Origin: Tagaea sp.
GTDB lineage: Bacteria > Pseudomonadota > Alphaproteobacteria > CACIAM-22H2
Length of the DNA stretch: 64,000 bases
Direction of reading: 5' to 3'
Assembly (NCBI GenBank): GCA_044356395.1
Contig: JBIKWI010000002.1
Coordinates: forward strand, 1,357 to 65,356
A program made the translations under genes and the position numbers. Within the stretch, counting starts at the first letter, position 1; every line of letters starts with the position of its first letter. The notes below the pieces were generated by a model. It was not told the origin of the DNA. It worked only from the letters and a program-made list of their open reading frames with translations, and ran no database searches. This document shows positions 48,423 through 58,336 of the stretch, in pieces.

Positions 48423-49615
48423 CGTCCGCGCTTCGTCGCCAGTTCCCGATCCTGGGCGACGGGATCGCGTATCTCGACAGTGCGGCAAGCGCGCAGATGC
48501 CGTTCGGCGTGCTGGGGGCGGTGCGCGATTTCGAAACCGCGCACCGCGCCAACGTCAAGCGCGGCGTCCACCGGCTTGCCGAGGCGGCGACGGAAGCCTA
48601 CGCGCAGGCGCGCGTCCGGGTCGCCTCGTACCTTTCGGTGCCCGCCGACGAGATCGTGTTCACCGGCGGCACGACAGGGTCGATCAATCTCGTGGCGCAT
48701 TCGTTCGGCGCGACGCTCGCACCGGGCGACGAGATCGTGCTGAGCGGTCTCGAACACCATTCCAACATCGTGCCGTGGCAGATGCTGGCGGCGCGCGGCG
48801 GCATTGTCCTGCGGTTCCTTCCCGTCACCGACGAAGGCCGCATCGACGTTTCCGCCCTGCCCGCCCTGCTCGGTCCGCGCACGAAGCTGGTGGCGCTGGC
48901 GCACGTGTCGAATGTCACGGGTGCCGTGCTCGATCCCGCCCCGGTCGTCGCGGCGGCGCATGCGGCGGGCGCACGCGTGCTGCTCGACGGGGCGCAGCGC
49001 GTTCCGCACGGCCCCGTCGATCTCCCCGCCCTCGGCGTCGATTTCTACGCCTTCAGCGGCCACAAGCTGTACGCGCCGCACGGGATCGGCGTGCTGTGGG
49101 CCAAGGCCGAACTCCTCGACGCGATGCCGCCCTTCATGGGCGGGGGTGAGATGATCGCGCGTGTCGAGCTTTCGGGGAGTACGTGGGCAAAGCCGCCGGC
49201 GAAATTCGAAGCGGGCACGCCGCCCATCGGGGCCGCCATCGGCCTGGGTGCGGCATGCGACTGGCTTTCGGGCCTGCCCTGGACCGCGATCGCGGCGCAA
49301 GAAGCCCGCCTTGCCCAGCGCCTGCTCGACGGGCTGCAGGCCACACCGGGCATCCGCATCCTCGGACCTTCGGGCCTGCAGGCGCGTGCCCCGGTCGTGT
49401 CGTTCGACATGGCGGGGGCCCACCCGCACGACGTCTGCCAGATCATGGACGGCAAGGGCGTGGCGCTGCGCGGCGGGCACCACTGCGCGCAGCCGCTGCA
49501 CGCGCGCTTCGACCTTGCCGGCACGACGCGCGCCTCGCTCGCCCTCTACAGCGACGATTCCGACATCGACCGTTTCTTCGAAGGGCTTGCCGAAGCAAGG
49601 CGCGTGCTTCTGTGA
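48419..49615 (+). CDS. cysteine desulfurase (class V aminotransferase; Csd/SufS-like)
   Basis: PLP-lysine motif FSGHKLYAPHGIGVL and active-site Cys in GGHHCAQPL; ATGA overlap with the upstream gene. Confidence 0.8.
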   Translation: MTSALRRQFPILGDGIAYLDSAASAQMPFGVLGAVRDFETAHRANVKRGVHRLAEAATEAYAQARVRVASYLSVPADEIVFTGGTTGSINLVAHSFGATLAPGDEIVLSGLEHHSNIVPWQMLAARGGIVLRFLPVTDEGRIDVSALPALLGPRTKLVALAHVSNVTGAVLDPAPVVAAAHAAGARVLLDGAQRVPHGPVDLPALGVDFYAFSGHKLYAPHGIGVLWAKAELLDAMPPFMGGGEMIARVELSGSTWAKPPAKFEAGTPPIGAAIGLGAACDWLSGLPWTAIAAQEARLAQRLLDGLQATPGIRILGPSGLQARAPVVSFDMAGAHPHDVCQIMDGKGVALRGGHHCAQPLHARFDLAGTTRASLALYSDDSDIDRFFEGLAEARRVLL

Positions 49616-50013
49616 GCGACGCGCTCTATCACGACGAGATCCTGGCACGCGCCAAGGACACCGCGCGCGAAGGAAGGCTCGAAGCGCCCGACCGCACCGC
49701 CACGCTCGACAACCCGCTGTGCGGCGACCGGGTGACGCTCGATTTCGCGCTGTCGGACGGGCGCATCGACAAGGTCCGCCATTTCGTACGCGGCTGCGCC
49801 TTGTGCCGCGCGTCGGCCGCCACGCTGGCCGCCATCCTCGAAGGCGGAACGAAGGCGACGGTCGAGAGCGCGGCGGGCGGACTGGATGCCGTTCTTGCCG
49901 GCGGAACCGACGCGGCCGGCTGGCAGGTCTTCGCCCCCGTGGGCCGGCACAAGAGCCGCCACGACTGCGTGCGCCTGCCGATCGCCGCCGCGAAGGCCGC
50001 CTTCGAGGCTTGA
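49612..50013 (+). CDS. SufU/IscU-like (NifU N-terminal type) sulfur-transfer/scaffold protein
   Basis: Conserved DNPLCGDRV and GCALCRAS Cys motifs; GTG start overlaps the desulfurase stop (GTGA). Confidence 0.6.
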   Translation: MSDALYHDEILARAKDTAREGRLEAPDRTATLDNPLCGDRVTLDFALSDGRIDKVRHFVRGCALCRASAATLAAILEGGTKATVESAAGGLDAVLAGGTDAAGWQVFAPVGRHKSRHDCVRLPIAAAKAAFEA

Positions 50014-50069
50014 TTTGCCGGTCCGACCCCGGTACAAGCAGCCCGCTTTCGATGCCGGCAACGGCCGAC

Positions 50070-50145
50070 GTTCCCTTCGTCTAGAGGCCTAGGACACCAC
50101 CCTTTCACGGTGGATACAGGGGTTCGAATCCCCTAGGGAACGCCA
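50070..50145 (+). tRNA. tRNA-Glu (anticodon TTC)
   Basis: GTTCCCTTCGTCTAGAGGCCTAGGACACCACCCTTTCACGGTGGATACAGGGGTTCGAATCCCCTAGGGAACGCCA gives a full cloverleaf, anticodon loop CTTTCAC and encoded CCA. Confidence 0.85.
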
Positions 50146-50242
50146 ATTTTTACAGATACTTGCGATCTATATCTACTTTGAATTATAAGGTTGTTTGGCC
50201 GCCCTCTGGCGGTGCGAATCCGCGTAGATCGGGAAGCGGCCG

Positions 50243-51454
50243 ATGAAGCCCGCGAACATCCTTTTCCTGCACCAGAACTTCCCCGGCCAGTACCGGCAGC
50301 TCGCCCCGGCGCTTGCCGCGCGCGGGCACCGCGTGCGTTCCCTGTCGATCCGCCGGAACGCGCCGCTCGACGGCGTCGTGTCGGAAACCTATGCGCCCAC
50401 ACGCGGCACGATGCGCGAGGCGCACCCGTGGGCACAGGATTTCGAGACCAAGATCCTGCGCGGCGAGGCCTGCGCGCAGGCCATCGGCAGGATGGCGGCC
50501 GGCGGCTTCGTGCCCGACATCGTGTGCGCCAATCCCGGCTGGGGCGAGGCGATGTTCGTCAAGGACGTGCTGCCCGACGCGCGCCTGCATCTCTATCTCG
50601 AATTCTTCTATCCCACGCGCGGCGGCGACACCGGCTTCGACCCGGAATTCGCACCCGACAGCGTGGGTGCCCGCGCGCACGCGCGCTCCAAGCGGGCCGC
50701 CCAGCTCCTGTCGCTCGACGCGATGGACAGCGCCGTCGCCCCGACGCGATGGCAGCGCGACACGTTCCCGGCGGTCTATCGCGACCGCATCGAGGTGTGC
50801 TTCGACGGCGTGGATACCGGCACCGTGCGGCCCGATCCGGCGGCGACGCTCGAACATGGCGGCCACACGTTCCGCGCGGGCGATCCGGTCGTCACGTTCG
50901 TCAGCCGCAATCTCGAGCCCTACCGCGGCTACCACGTGTTCATGCGCGCGTTGCCGCGCCTGCTGGCGGAGATGCCCGACGCGCATGTCCTCGTCGTCGG
51001 CGGCGATGGCGTCAGCTACGGGGCCGCACCGAAGGACGGCATATCGTACCGAAAGCGCTTCTTCGACGAGGTCGCCGGCCGCATCGATCCGGGCCGCGTC
51101 CATTTCCTCGGCACGGTCCCCTATCCGACCTTCCTGCGCGTGCTGCAGGTCTCGGCCGCGCACGTCTACCTCACCTATCCGTTCGTGCTGTCGTGGTCGA
51201 TGGTCGAGGCGATGGCCGCCGGCTGCCTCGTCGTGGGCTCGCGCACCGGGCCGGTCGAGGAAGTGATCCGCGACGGCGTCAACGGCCGGCTCGTCGATTT
51301 CTTCGATGCCGAAGCGCTTGCCGGCACGCTCGCGCGTGCTCTGCGCGATCCCGGCGCCCAGCGTGCCCTTCGCGCGGAGGCCCGCAGGACGGCCGTCGGG
51401 AACTACGATCTCGCCGCCTGCCTCGCGCGCCAGGTGGCGCTCGTTGAAGCCTGA
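50243..51454 (+). CDS. glycosyltransferase family 4 (GT-B fold)
   Basis: 403 aa; C-terminal GT4 region (AHVYLTYPFVLSWSMVEAMAAGCLVVGSRTGPVEEVI). Confidence 0.7.
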   Translation: MKPANILFLHQNFPGQYRQLAPALAARGHRVRSLSIRRNAPLDGVVSETYAPTRGTMREAHPWAQDFETKILRGEACAQAIGRMAAGGFVPDIVCANPGWGEAMFVKDVLPDARLHLYLEFFYPTRGGDTGFDPEFAPDSVGARAHARSKRAAQLLSLDAMDSAVAPTRWQRDTFPAVYRDRIEVCFDGVDTGTVRPDPAATLEHGGHTFRAGDPVVTFVSRNLEPYRGYHVFMRALPRLLAEMPDAHVLVVGGDGVSYGAAPKDGISYRKRFFDEVAGRIDPGRVHFLGTVPYPTFLRVLQVSAAHVYLTYPFVLSWSMVEAMAAGCLVVGSRTGPVEEVIRDGVNGRLVDFFDAEALAGTLARALRDPGAQRALRAEARRTAVGNYDLAACLARQVALVEA

Positions 51455-51458
51455 AGGA

Positions 51459-52190
51459 TCAGCCCCAGACCGGCGGCGGCGGAATGCTCGCCACGAGGCT
51501 CGACAGGCCGTCGGAATAGCGCTTGCGCAGTTCCATCCAGTAGGGATCGTCCTTCTCGAGCGTGGCGAAGTTCTTCGCCGAGAAACTGTCGGCGGCGTAG
51601 CGCAGCAGGTCGATGGGCGCGTCGACCGAGAGGTTGCTGCGCATCGTGGCGTCGAAGGACAGCAGCGAGAGCTTCGCCGCCTCGTCGAGCGTGCTGTTCC
51701 CGGTGAGCGCGCGGTCGAGGATCGGCTTGCCGTACTTGGTCTCGCCGAGCTGGAGGAAGCGCGAGCGGTCCGACGCCTCGACGAAGTTGCCGGCCGAATA
51801 GATGTGGAACAGGCGCGGCGGCTCGCCGGCGATCTGGCCGCCGACGAGGAAGTTGCCGTTCGGATCGCCGAAGGGCTGCACGAAACTGCCGTCGCGTCCG
51901 ATCACCTCGCGCAGCTTGGCCCCGACCATCATCGCCACGTCGAACATGGTGTTGGCGCCGTGGAGGTCCTGGCCGTAGAGGCCGGTCCCCGCCGTCTCGC
52001 GGAACGCGCTGACGACGGCCTGCGTCGTGGCGAGGTTTCCCGCCGACAGGATCGCGATGACGCGCCGGCCGGGCACTTCGAAAATGGCGAGCTTCTTGAC
52101 CAGCGCCACCTGGTCGACGCCGGCATTCGAACGCGAGTCCGAGGCGAGCACGAGCCCCGCCGGCAGCAGGATCCCAAGGCAATACGTCAT
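51459..52190 (-). CDS. proteasome-type (Ntn-hydrolase) protease, Anbu-like
   Basis: N-terminus [24 protein letters not shown] places a Thr after the initiator Met, as in Anbu/HslV-type Ntn proteases; about 243 aa. Start chosen at the second Met. Confidence 0.5.
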   Translation of the reverse strand: MTYCLGILLPAGLVLASDSRSNAGVDQVALVKKLAIFEVPGRRVIAILSAGNLATTQAVVSAFRETAGTGLYGQDLHGANTMFDVAMMVGAKLREVIGRDGSFVQPFGDPNGNFLVGGQIAGEPPRLFHIYSAGNFVEASDRSRFLQLGETKYGKPILDRALTGNSTLDEAAKLSLLSFDATMRSNLSVDAPIDLLRYAADSFSAKNFATLEKDDPYWMELRKRYSDGLSSLVASIPPPPVWG

Positions 52191-52290
52191 CGACATCCCC
52201 CAATGCTCCGGCTTCGCGCCGGTTCACCCAAGCATCGACTTTGGCGGCGGAAGCTGCAAGTCTTGTCGCGACTTCGGGGGAGGTGACGGC

Positions 52291-53223
52291 GTGACGGGCA
52301 AACACGATCTGGCGGGCCTCGTCGCGTCCGTGCGCGAAGACATCGCGCCGCAGTTCGGCAGCGGCAAGGTCGCCGACTACATCCCGGCCCTCGCCCGCGT
52401 CGATCCGCGCCATTTCGGCATCGCCATCTCGACCTGCGACGGCGAGACCGCCGCGGCCGGAGATGCGGACGTCCCGTTCTCGATCCAGAGCGTGTCCAAG
52501 GTCTTTACGCTGACGCTGGCGCTCGGCCGCGTGGGCGACGCGCTCTGGCGCAGGGTCGGGCGCGAGCCGTCGGGTTCGCCGTTCAACTCGATCGTCCAGC
52601 TCGAACGCGAACAGGGCATCCCGCGCAACCCGCTGATCAATGCCGGCGCGCTCGTCGTCACCGACGCGATCCTCGCCGGGCGGCGGCCGGAGATCGCGGT
52701 CGCCGAGATCCTGACGTATCTGCGCGAGCTTGCCGACGATGCCGGCGTCAGCGTCGACCGCGAGGTCGCGCGCTCGGAAGCGGAGACCGGCTTCCGCAAC
52801 GCCAGCCTCGCCAACTTCATCCGCGCCTTCGGCAACATCGCGAACCCCGTGGGCAACGTGCTCGAGACCTATTTCAACCAGTGCGCGCTCGCGATGAGCT
52901 GCCGCCAGCTCGCCCATGCCGGGCTGTTCCTGGCCAACGGCGGCATCGATCCGGTCGGCGGCCGGCGCGTCGTGGGACCGGACGAGGCGCGGCGCATCAA
53001 CGCGATCATGATGACCTGCGGCCACTACGACGCGTCGGGCGACTTCGCGTTCCGCGTCGGCCTGCCGGGCAAGAGCGGCGTGGGCGGCGGCATCCTCGCG
53101 ATCGCGCCGCGCCGGGCGGCGATCGCGGTATGGTCACCGGGCCTCAACGCCTCGGGAAACTCGCTGGTGGGGGCGCTGGCGCTGGAAAGCCTGTCGCGGC
53201 GGACCGGCTGGTCGGTGTTCTAG
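52291..53223 (+). CDS. glsA: glutaminase A
   Basis: Serine-beta-lactamase-like glutaminase motifs ([26 protein letters not shown]); GTG start with RBS GGGGGAGG. Confidence 0.8.
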   Translation: MTGKHDLAGLVASVREDIAPQFGSGKVADYIPALARVDPRHFGIAISTCDGETAAAGDADVPFSIQSVSKVFTLTLALGRVGDALWRRVGREPSGSPFNSIVQLEREQGIPRNPLINAGALVVTDAILAGRRPEIAVAEILTYLRELADDAGVSVDREVARSEAETGFRNASLANFIRAFGNIANPVGNVLETYFNQCALAMSCRQLAHAGLFLANGGIDPVGGRRVVGPDEARRINAIMMTCGHYDASGDFAFRVGLPGKSGVGGGILAIAPRRAAIAVWSPGLNASGNSLVGALALESLSRRTGWSVF

Positions 53224-53672
53224 ATCTCGACGAGCGCCACGACGATCATCGACACGCCGGTCCCGTTCTCCGACAGCGGCAGCATCAGCGTCTCGCTGGC
53301 GATCCGCCTTCCGTCGAGATGCAGCGTGCGCGCGAAGACCAGCGGGCGGCGCGCGGCGACGACGCGGTCGTAGGCGGTGCGCACGGCCTGGCGCTGCTTC
53401 TCGAAAGGCCATTCGTCGACCCACATGCCCGTCGCCTCGACGCCGAACTTCTCGCGCCACCATGTGCCGACGAGCCGCCAGCGATAGACGCGCGGATCGT
53501 CGTGGATCTCGACGAGCGCCACGTTCCCCAGAAGATACGCGAAGTCGATCGGATCGATGTCGGCACGCCGCGGCATCTCGCGCCCGGCCCGGCACTTTTC
53601 CCAATAGGCCAGCAGGCGACGCAGCCGCTCGTCTCCGACGGACGCCGGATCGAGGCTTTCCGGCGCGCTCAC
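53220..53672 (-). CDS. PAS_5-like single-domain protein (about 150 aa)
   Basis: [40 protein letters not shown]...YRWRLVGT matches the alphaproteobacterial PAS_5 family pattern. GTG start overlaps the upstream gene stop (GTGA). Confidence 0.5.
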   Translation of the reverse strand: MSAPESLDPASVGDERLRRLLAYWEKCRAGREMPRRADIDPIDFAYLLGNVALVEIHDDPRVYRWRLVGTWWREKFGVEATGMWVDEWPFEKQRQAVRTAYDRVVAARRPLVFARTLHLDGRRIASETLMLPLSENGTGVSMIVVALVEI

Positions 53673-54544
53673 AGGATGTCCACGCAGCCGAGCACGGCCT
53701 GCACGCCCGAGGCGTCCCCGAAGGGAAGCATCAGCCGGCGGTACCGGAGCAGCAGGAAACCCTCGATGCCCTTGACGGCCCGATAGTGCGGCACGCGCTG
53801 CGTCAGCACGCGCTCGTAGGCCGGCAGGGCGTAGCGCCGGTGCAAATAGGACTGCTCGTCGACATGCTCGCCGATCGGATCGTGCGCGAACTTCGCGAGG
53901 ATGTCGGCACCGACGTAGGAATAGCGGAGCCTCGATGCGGGCGGCACGACGTCGACGACGAAGACCGTCCGGTCGAACGGCGCCTGGCGCTCGATGCCCC
54001 AGCCCTTCAGCATCGCGGGCGGCGGGATCGTGCCGTCGGTCCGCCCGATGCGCCAGATGTCGAACACGGCTTGCATGCGCTCGGACGCCTCGCGCCGGAA
54101 CGCGGTACCCTCCCCGGTCCGCAGCCAGATGCGGTTCGCGTATCCGGGGTCGCGCTGGAGCGTGCCGGCCAGCTTCTCGAGAAGCTGGGCCGGCGACAGC
54201 GGCTTGACGACATAGGCCGAGATGTCGCGGGCGCGTGCTTCGGCGACCGCGCGCTCGCGCGCGTCCCCGGTGACGAGCAGGAACGGCACGTCCGGATCGA
54301 TCGCGCGGATCGCCTCGAACAGCTCGAAGCCGTTGCGCTTGGGCATGTGCAGGTCCGAGACGACCGCGTCGATCTTCGCCGTGCCGGAGGCGAAGATCGC
54401 CAGCGCCTCTTCGCCGTCCGCCGCGAGCAGCACGTTGCCGATGCCGATCCCTTCGAGAATCTTCCGGATCAGGGTCCGGGCAAAGGCGTCGTCGTCGGCG
54501 ACCAGCACGACGAGGTCGGAGGGAAAGGTATCGGGAAGGCGCAT
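53669..54544 (-). CDS. response regulator with an N-terminal receiver and a C-terminal PAS_5-like domain
   Basis: Receiver domain (LVVLVADDDAFARTLIRKILE...DAVVSDLHMPKRNGFELF...KP) and a C-terminal region paralogous to the downstream PAS_5 protein (RLRYSYVGADI...). Confidence 0.65.
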   Translation of the reverse strand: MRLPDTFPSDLVVLVADDDAFARTLIRKILEGIGIGNVLLAADGEEALAIFASGTAKIDAVVSDLHMPKRNGFELFEAIRAIDPDVPFLLVTGDARERAVAEARARDISAYVVKPLSPAQLLEKLAGTLQRDPGYANRIWLRTGEGTAFRREASERMQAVFDIWRIGRTDGTIPPPAMLKGWGIERQAPFDRTVFVVDVVPPASRLRYSYVGADILAKFAHDPIGEHVDEQSYLHRRYALPAYERVLTQRVPHYRAVKGIEGFLLLRYRRLMLPFGDASGVQAVLGCVDIL

Positions 54545-54782
54545 CGGTCAACTCTTGCCAGTGCCCCGTCGGGGATTCAACGGTCAGTCCGGCAATGCAG
54601 AAACGAAGCGTCGAATTCACTTTAATATTGGAATATAATATCTTGTTATATCATCATAATAATACGTTTATTGACGCAAACAATTCAAATTTTAGGGAAC
54701 CTTTAACTTTATTGCTCTAGTTATCCACAGTTGGAAACGTGGGGCTCGACGGAGGTCCCCGCGCATTCCGGGAGTCCGCGAA

Positions 54783-56960
54783 TTGCCTGCCAGTGCCAGC
54801 CAGATCCCGCCGTCCATCGGCAGCCAGCCCTGCGTCGACCCGCCACGCGGATCGCTTGCGCAATGCTTCGCGCACATGATCCGGCATTTCGACCTCGCGG
54901 ACGCCGCCGAGAACATGCCGGCACCGCCCGAAACGCCGGGCGCCTTCGTCGATGCCTGCGCCAAGATGGGGCTCGAGGCCGAAGCGCGGACCATCATGGT
55001 CGAGGCCGTGCCGCGCCAGCCGATGCCCGTGGTGCTGATGCTGAAAGGCGCGCAGGCGGCGATCGCGACCGAAGCGCGGCCGGAATCGCTGCGCGTTCTG
55101 GCACCCGCGACGGGGCGCAGCGAATGGCTCGACATGGCCGAACTCAACGCGCTTTACGCCGGGGCGGCCATCTTCGTGCAGCCGCGCCGCGAAGCCGCAC
55201 AGACCGATCCGGCCGACGAGATCGAGAAGCCCAAGAGGAAGCGCTGGTTCTGGCAGGCGCTGTTCCTCGCCTGGCCTTCGTACATCCATGTCGTGCTCGG
55301 CTCGATCCTGATCAACGTGCTGGCCATGCTGGCCCCGCTCTATTCGATGACGGTCTACGACCGCGTCGTGCCCAACGCCGCGATCGAGACGCTGTGGGTC
55401 ATGTCGACCGGCATCCTGCTCGTCTACCTGTTCGATTTCGCGATCCGCATGCTGCGCGGCTATTTCGTCGACTTCGCCGGCAAGCGGGTCGACGCCCTGC
55501 TCGCCTCGCGCATCTTCGACCAGGTCATCCGCATCCGGCTCGAGAGCCGCCCGTCTTCGGCCGGCGGATTCGCCAACAACCTGCGCGAATTCGAGACGCT
55601 GCGCGAATTCTTCTCTTCGGCGACGGTCACCACACTCGTCGACCTGCCCTTCGTCGTGATGTTCCTCGCGGGCATCTGGTTCATCGGCGGCTGGCTCGTG
55701 CTCACGCCGCTGTTCGCGTTCCCGATCGTGCTGCTCGTGGGCCTCGCGATCCAGATCCCGCTCGAACGCGTCGTCAAGCAGGCCATGGCGCTGGGTGCGA
55801 TCCGTCACGCCGTCCTCGTCGAGACCGTCGCGGGCCTCGAGACGATCAAGACCGTGGGTGCGGGCGACCGCATGCAGAACCGCTGGGAAGCCTCGGTCGA
55901 AGCGTCGGCGGGTGCGGCCGTCACCTCGAAGGTCTATTCGTCGCTCGCCATCAACTTCTCGATGCTGGCGCAGAACCTCGTGACGATGCTCATCATCATG
56001 CACGGCGTCTACCTGTTCACCGAGAACATGCTGACCACCGGCGCCCTGATCGCCTGCACGATGCTGGCCGGCCGCGCGATGGCGCCGCTGGGGCAGATCG
56101 CCGGCATCCTCACCCGCCTCAAGCAGAGCCAGGCCTCGCTCGACACGCTCGACGGGATAATGGCGCTGCCCAAGGAAGGCGACGCGCGCCGGCGCTATCT
56201 GGAACGCGAGAACCTGACCGGCGAGATCGAATTCCGCAACGTCTCGTTCGCCTATCCGGGCCAGGGCAACGAGGTGCTGCGCAACGTCAGCTTCACGATC
56301 CGCGCGGGCGAGCGCGTGGGCATCGTCGGTCCGATCGGCTCGGGCAAGAGCTCGATCCTGAAGCTGCTGCTCGGCCTGTACCGCGCCAAGGAAGGCCAGA
56401 TCATGGTCGGCGGGGCCGACATCCGCCAGCTCGATCCGGACGACCTGCGCAAGCACATCGGCGCGGTCCCGCAGGACGTGATCCTGTTCGCGGGCTCCGT
56501 GCGCGACAACATCGCGGTCGGCGTGCCCTATGCCGAGGACAAGGAAATCCTCGAAGCCGCACAGCTCGCCGGCGTCGACGAGTTCGTGCGCCAGCATCCC
56601 GAGGGCTACGACTGGGCCGTCGGCGAGCGCGGCGAGCGCCTTTCCGGCGGACAGCGCCAGGCGATCGCGATGGCCCGCGCCGTGCTCCCCCGTCCCCGGA
56701 TCCTCGCGATGGATGAGCCGACGAGCGCCATGGACCAGGGCTCCGAACAGGCGATGAAGATCCGCCTCGAGGAGATGCTCGAAGGCCGCACGCTCGTGCT
56801 CGTCGCGCACCGGCCGTCGATGCTTACGCTTGTCACGCGGCTCATCGTCATCGACCGCGGCCGCATCATCGCCGACGGGCCGCGCGAGAGGGTCCTCGAA
56901 GCGCTCGGCCGCCGCCGCCCGCAGGGCGGCGCTTCGCGCAGCGTCGAGCGGGTCGACTGA
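54783..56960 (+). CDS. type I secretion system permease/ATPase (HlyB/PrtD family) with an N-terminal C39-like domain
   Basis: 725 aa; about 130-aa N-terminal domain containing a Cys (LAQCFAHMIRHF), 6-TM domain and NBD (GPIGSGKSS, LSGGQRQAIAMARA, LAMDEPTSAMD). Confidence 0.8.
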   Translation: MPASASQIPPSIGSQPCVDPPRGSLAQCFAHMIRHFDLADAAENMPAPPETPGAFVDACAKMGLEAEARTIMVEAVPRQPMPVVLMLKGAQAAIATEARPESLRVLAPATGRSEWLDMAELNALYAGAAIFVQPRREAAQTDPADEIEKPKRKRWFWQALFLAWPSYIHVVLGSILINVLAMLAPLYSMTVYDRVVPNAAIETLWVMSTGILLVYLFDFAIRMLRGYFVDFAGKRVDALLASRIFDQVIRIRLESRPSSAGGFANNLREFETLREFFSSATVTTLVDLPFVVMFLAGIWFIGGWLVLTPLFAFPIVLLVGLAIQIPLERVVKQAMALGAIRHAVLVETVAGLETIKTVGAGDRMQNRWEASVEASAGAAVTSKVYSSLAINFSMLAQNLVTMLIIMHGVYLFTENMLTTGALIACTMLAGRAMAPLGQIAGILTRLKQSQASLDTLDGIMALPKEGDARRRYLERENLTGEIEFRNVSFAYPGQGNEVLRNVSFTIRAGERVGIVGPIGSGKSSILKLLLGLYRAKEGQIMVGGADIRQLDPDDLRKHIGAVPQDVILFAGSVRDNIAVGVPYAEDKEILEAAQLAGVDEFVRQHPEGYDWAVGERGERLSGGQRQAIAMARAVLPRPRILAMDEPTSAMDQGSEQAMKIRLEEMLEGRTLVLVAHRPSMLTLVTRLIVIDRGRIIADGPRERVLEALGRRRPQGGASRSVERVD

Positions 56961-58294
56961 TGGCCAACAAGTCGCCCGCCCTCGCTCGCCGCCAGGCCGC
57001 GGTCCCCGACCGCCTTGCCGGCACGCGCATTTCGCCGCCGGCCTGGGGCGCGTTGTTCTTCGTACTCGTCGCGGCCTTCATGGCGGCGGCGATCGTTTGG
57101 GCCAGCGTCGGTCGCGTCGACACATACGCGAGCGGCCTTGGCAAGGTCGTGCCGTCGCTTCAGGTCCAGCGCGTCCAGAACCTCGAAGGCGGGATCCTGA
57201 GCCAGCTTCTGGTCGGCGAAGGCGACAAGGTCGCCGAAGGCCAGATCGTCGCGCGCATCGACGACGTGGCGTTCGCGTCCGAGTTCCAGCAGAACCGCCA
57301 GCGCTATCTCGCCCTGTCGGCGGCCGTCAGCCGCCTCAAGGCCGAGATCACCGGGTCGCCCGCCCCCGAGTTCACCGACGAGACGCTCCTCGACGGCAAG
57401 GCATTTGTCGAAGCCGAGCGCGGCCTGTTCCAGAGCCGACGTCAGGAGCTGGAGTCCGCGCGGGAAGGCCTGCTGCGCCTGCTCACCCAGCGCCAGCAGG
57501 AACTCCGCACCTTCCAGGACCGCGAGAACTGGCTGACTCGCAGCCATGAACTTTCGAACAGGGAACTCGAGATCGTGCGCGAGGTGGCCGAACGCGGCTA
57601 CCGCTCGCAGCTCGACCTGATCCGCCTGCAGCGCCAGTCGAACGAGATCGACGGCCAGCTTCGTGCCGCACGCCTGGCCATCCCCGGCTCGCGCGCGGCG
57701 ATCGCCGAGATCGAGGCACGCCTAGCGGAGCGCGAGCGCGCCTACCGCCGCGAGGCGTCGGTCGAGCTTGCCCAGCGCGGCTCGGAACTGGCCACGACGG
57801 CGGAGATCCTACGCTCGATGGCCGACCGGGTGGCGCGGCGCGACGTGCGCGCGCCCACGTCGGGTACCGTCAAGCAGATCGCGCAGCGCACCATCGGCGG
57901 CGTGCTCGAACCGGGCAGCGTCATCATGGAGATCGTGCCGAGCGAGGACGAACTTCTCGTCGAGGCCCGCATCCGGCCCAGCGACATCGCCTTCGTACAT
58001 GTCGGCCAGACCGCGCTTGTGAAGATCACGGCCTACGACTTCTCGATCTATGGCGGCATCCACGCGACGGTCGCCCGGATCAGCGCCGACACGATCCCGG
58101 ACGAGCGCGGCGAGCCGTGGTTCATCGTGCGGGTCCGGGCCGACCGGATGAGCCTGGGCGATGCCGAACGGCCGCTGCCGATTTCGTCGGGAATGACCGC
58201 GATGGTCGATATCGTTACTGGCCAGCGGACCGTCTTGCAGTATCTTCTGAAGCCGATCCTCAAGGCGACGGACAGGGCGCTGACGGAGCGCTGA
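56960..58294 (+). CDS. HlyD-family type I secretion periplasmic adaptor
   Basis: 444 aa; N-terminal TM helix, long coiled-coil and C-terminal beta-domain; start overlaps the ABC stop by 1 nt. Confidence 0.8.
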   Translation: MANKSPALARRQAAVPDRLAGTRISPPAWGALFFVLVAAFMAAAIVWASVGRVDTYASGLGKVVPSLQVQRVQNLEGGILSQLLVGEGDKVAEGQIVARIDDVAFASEFQQNRQRYLALSAAVSRLKAEITGSPAPEFTDETLLDGKAFVEAERGLFQSRRQELESAREGLLRLLTQRQQELRTFQDRENWLTRSHELSNRELEIVREVAERGYRSQLDLIRLQRQSNEIDGQLRAARLAIPGSRAAIAEIEARLAERERAYRREASVELAQRGSELATTAEILRSMADRVARRDVRAPTSGTVKQIAQRTIGGVLEPGSVIMEIVPSEDELLVEARIRPSDIAFVHVGQTALVKITAYDFSIYGGIHATVARISADTIPDERGEPWFIVRVRADRMSLGDAERPLPISSGMTAMVDIVTGQRTVLQYLLKPILKATDRALTER

Positions 58295-58336
58295 CCGACC
58301 GCCCCCAGAGGACCGACGCCAGACAACGCGAACCCC

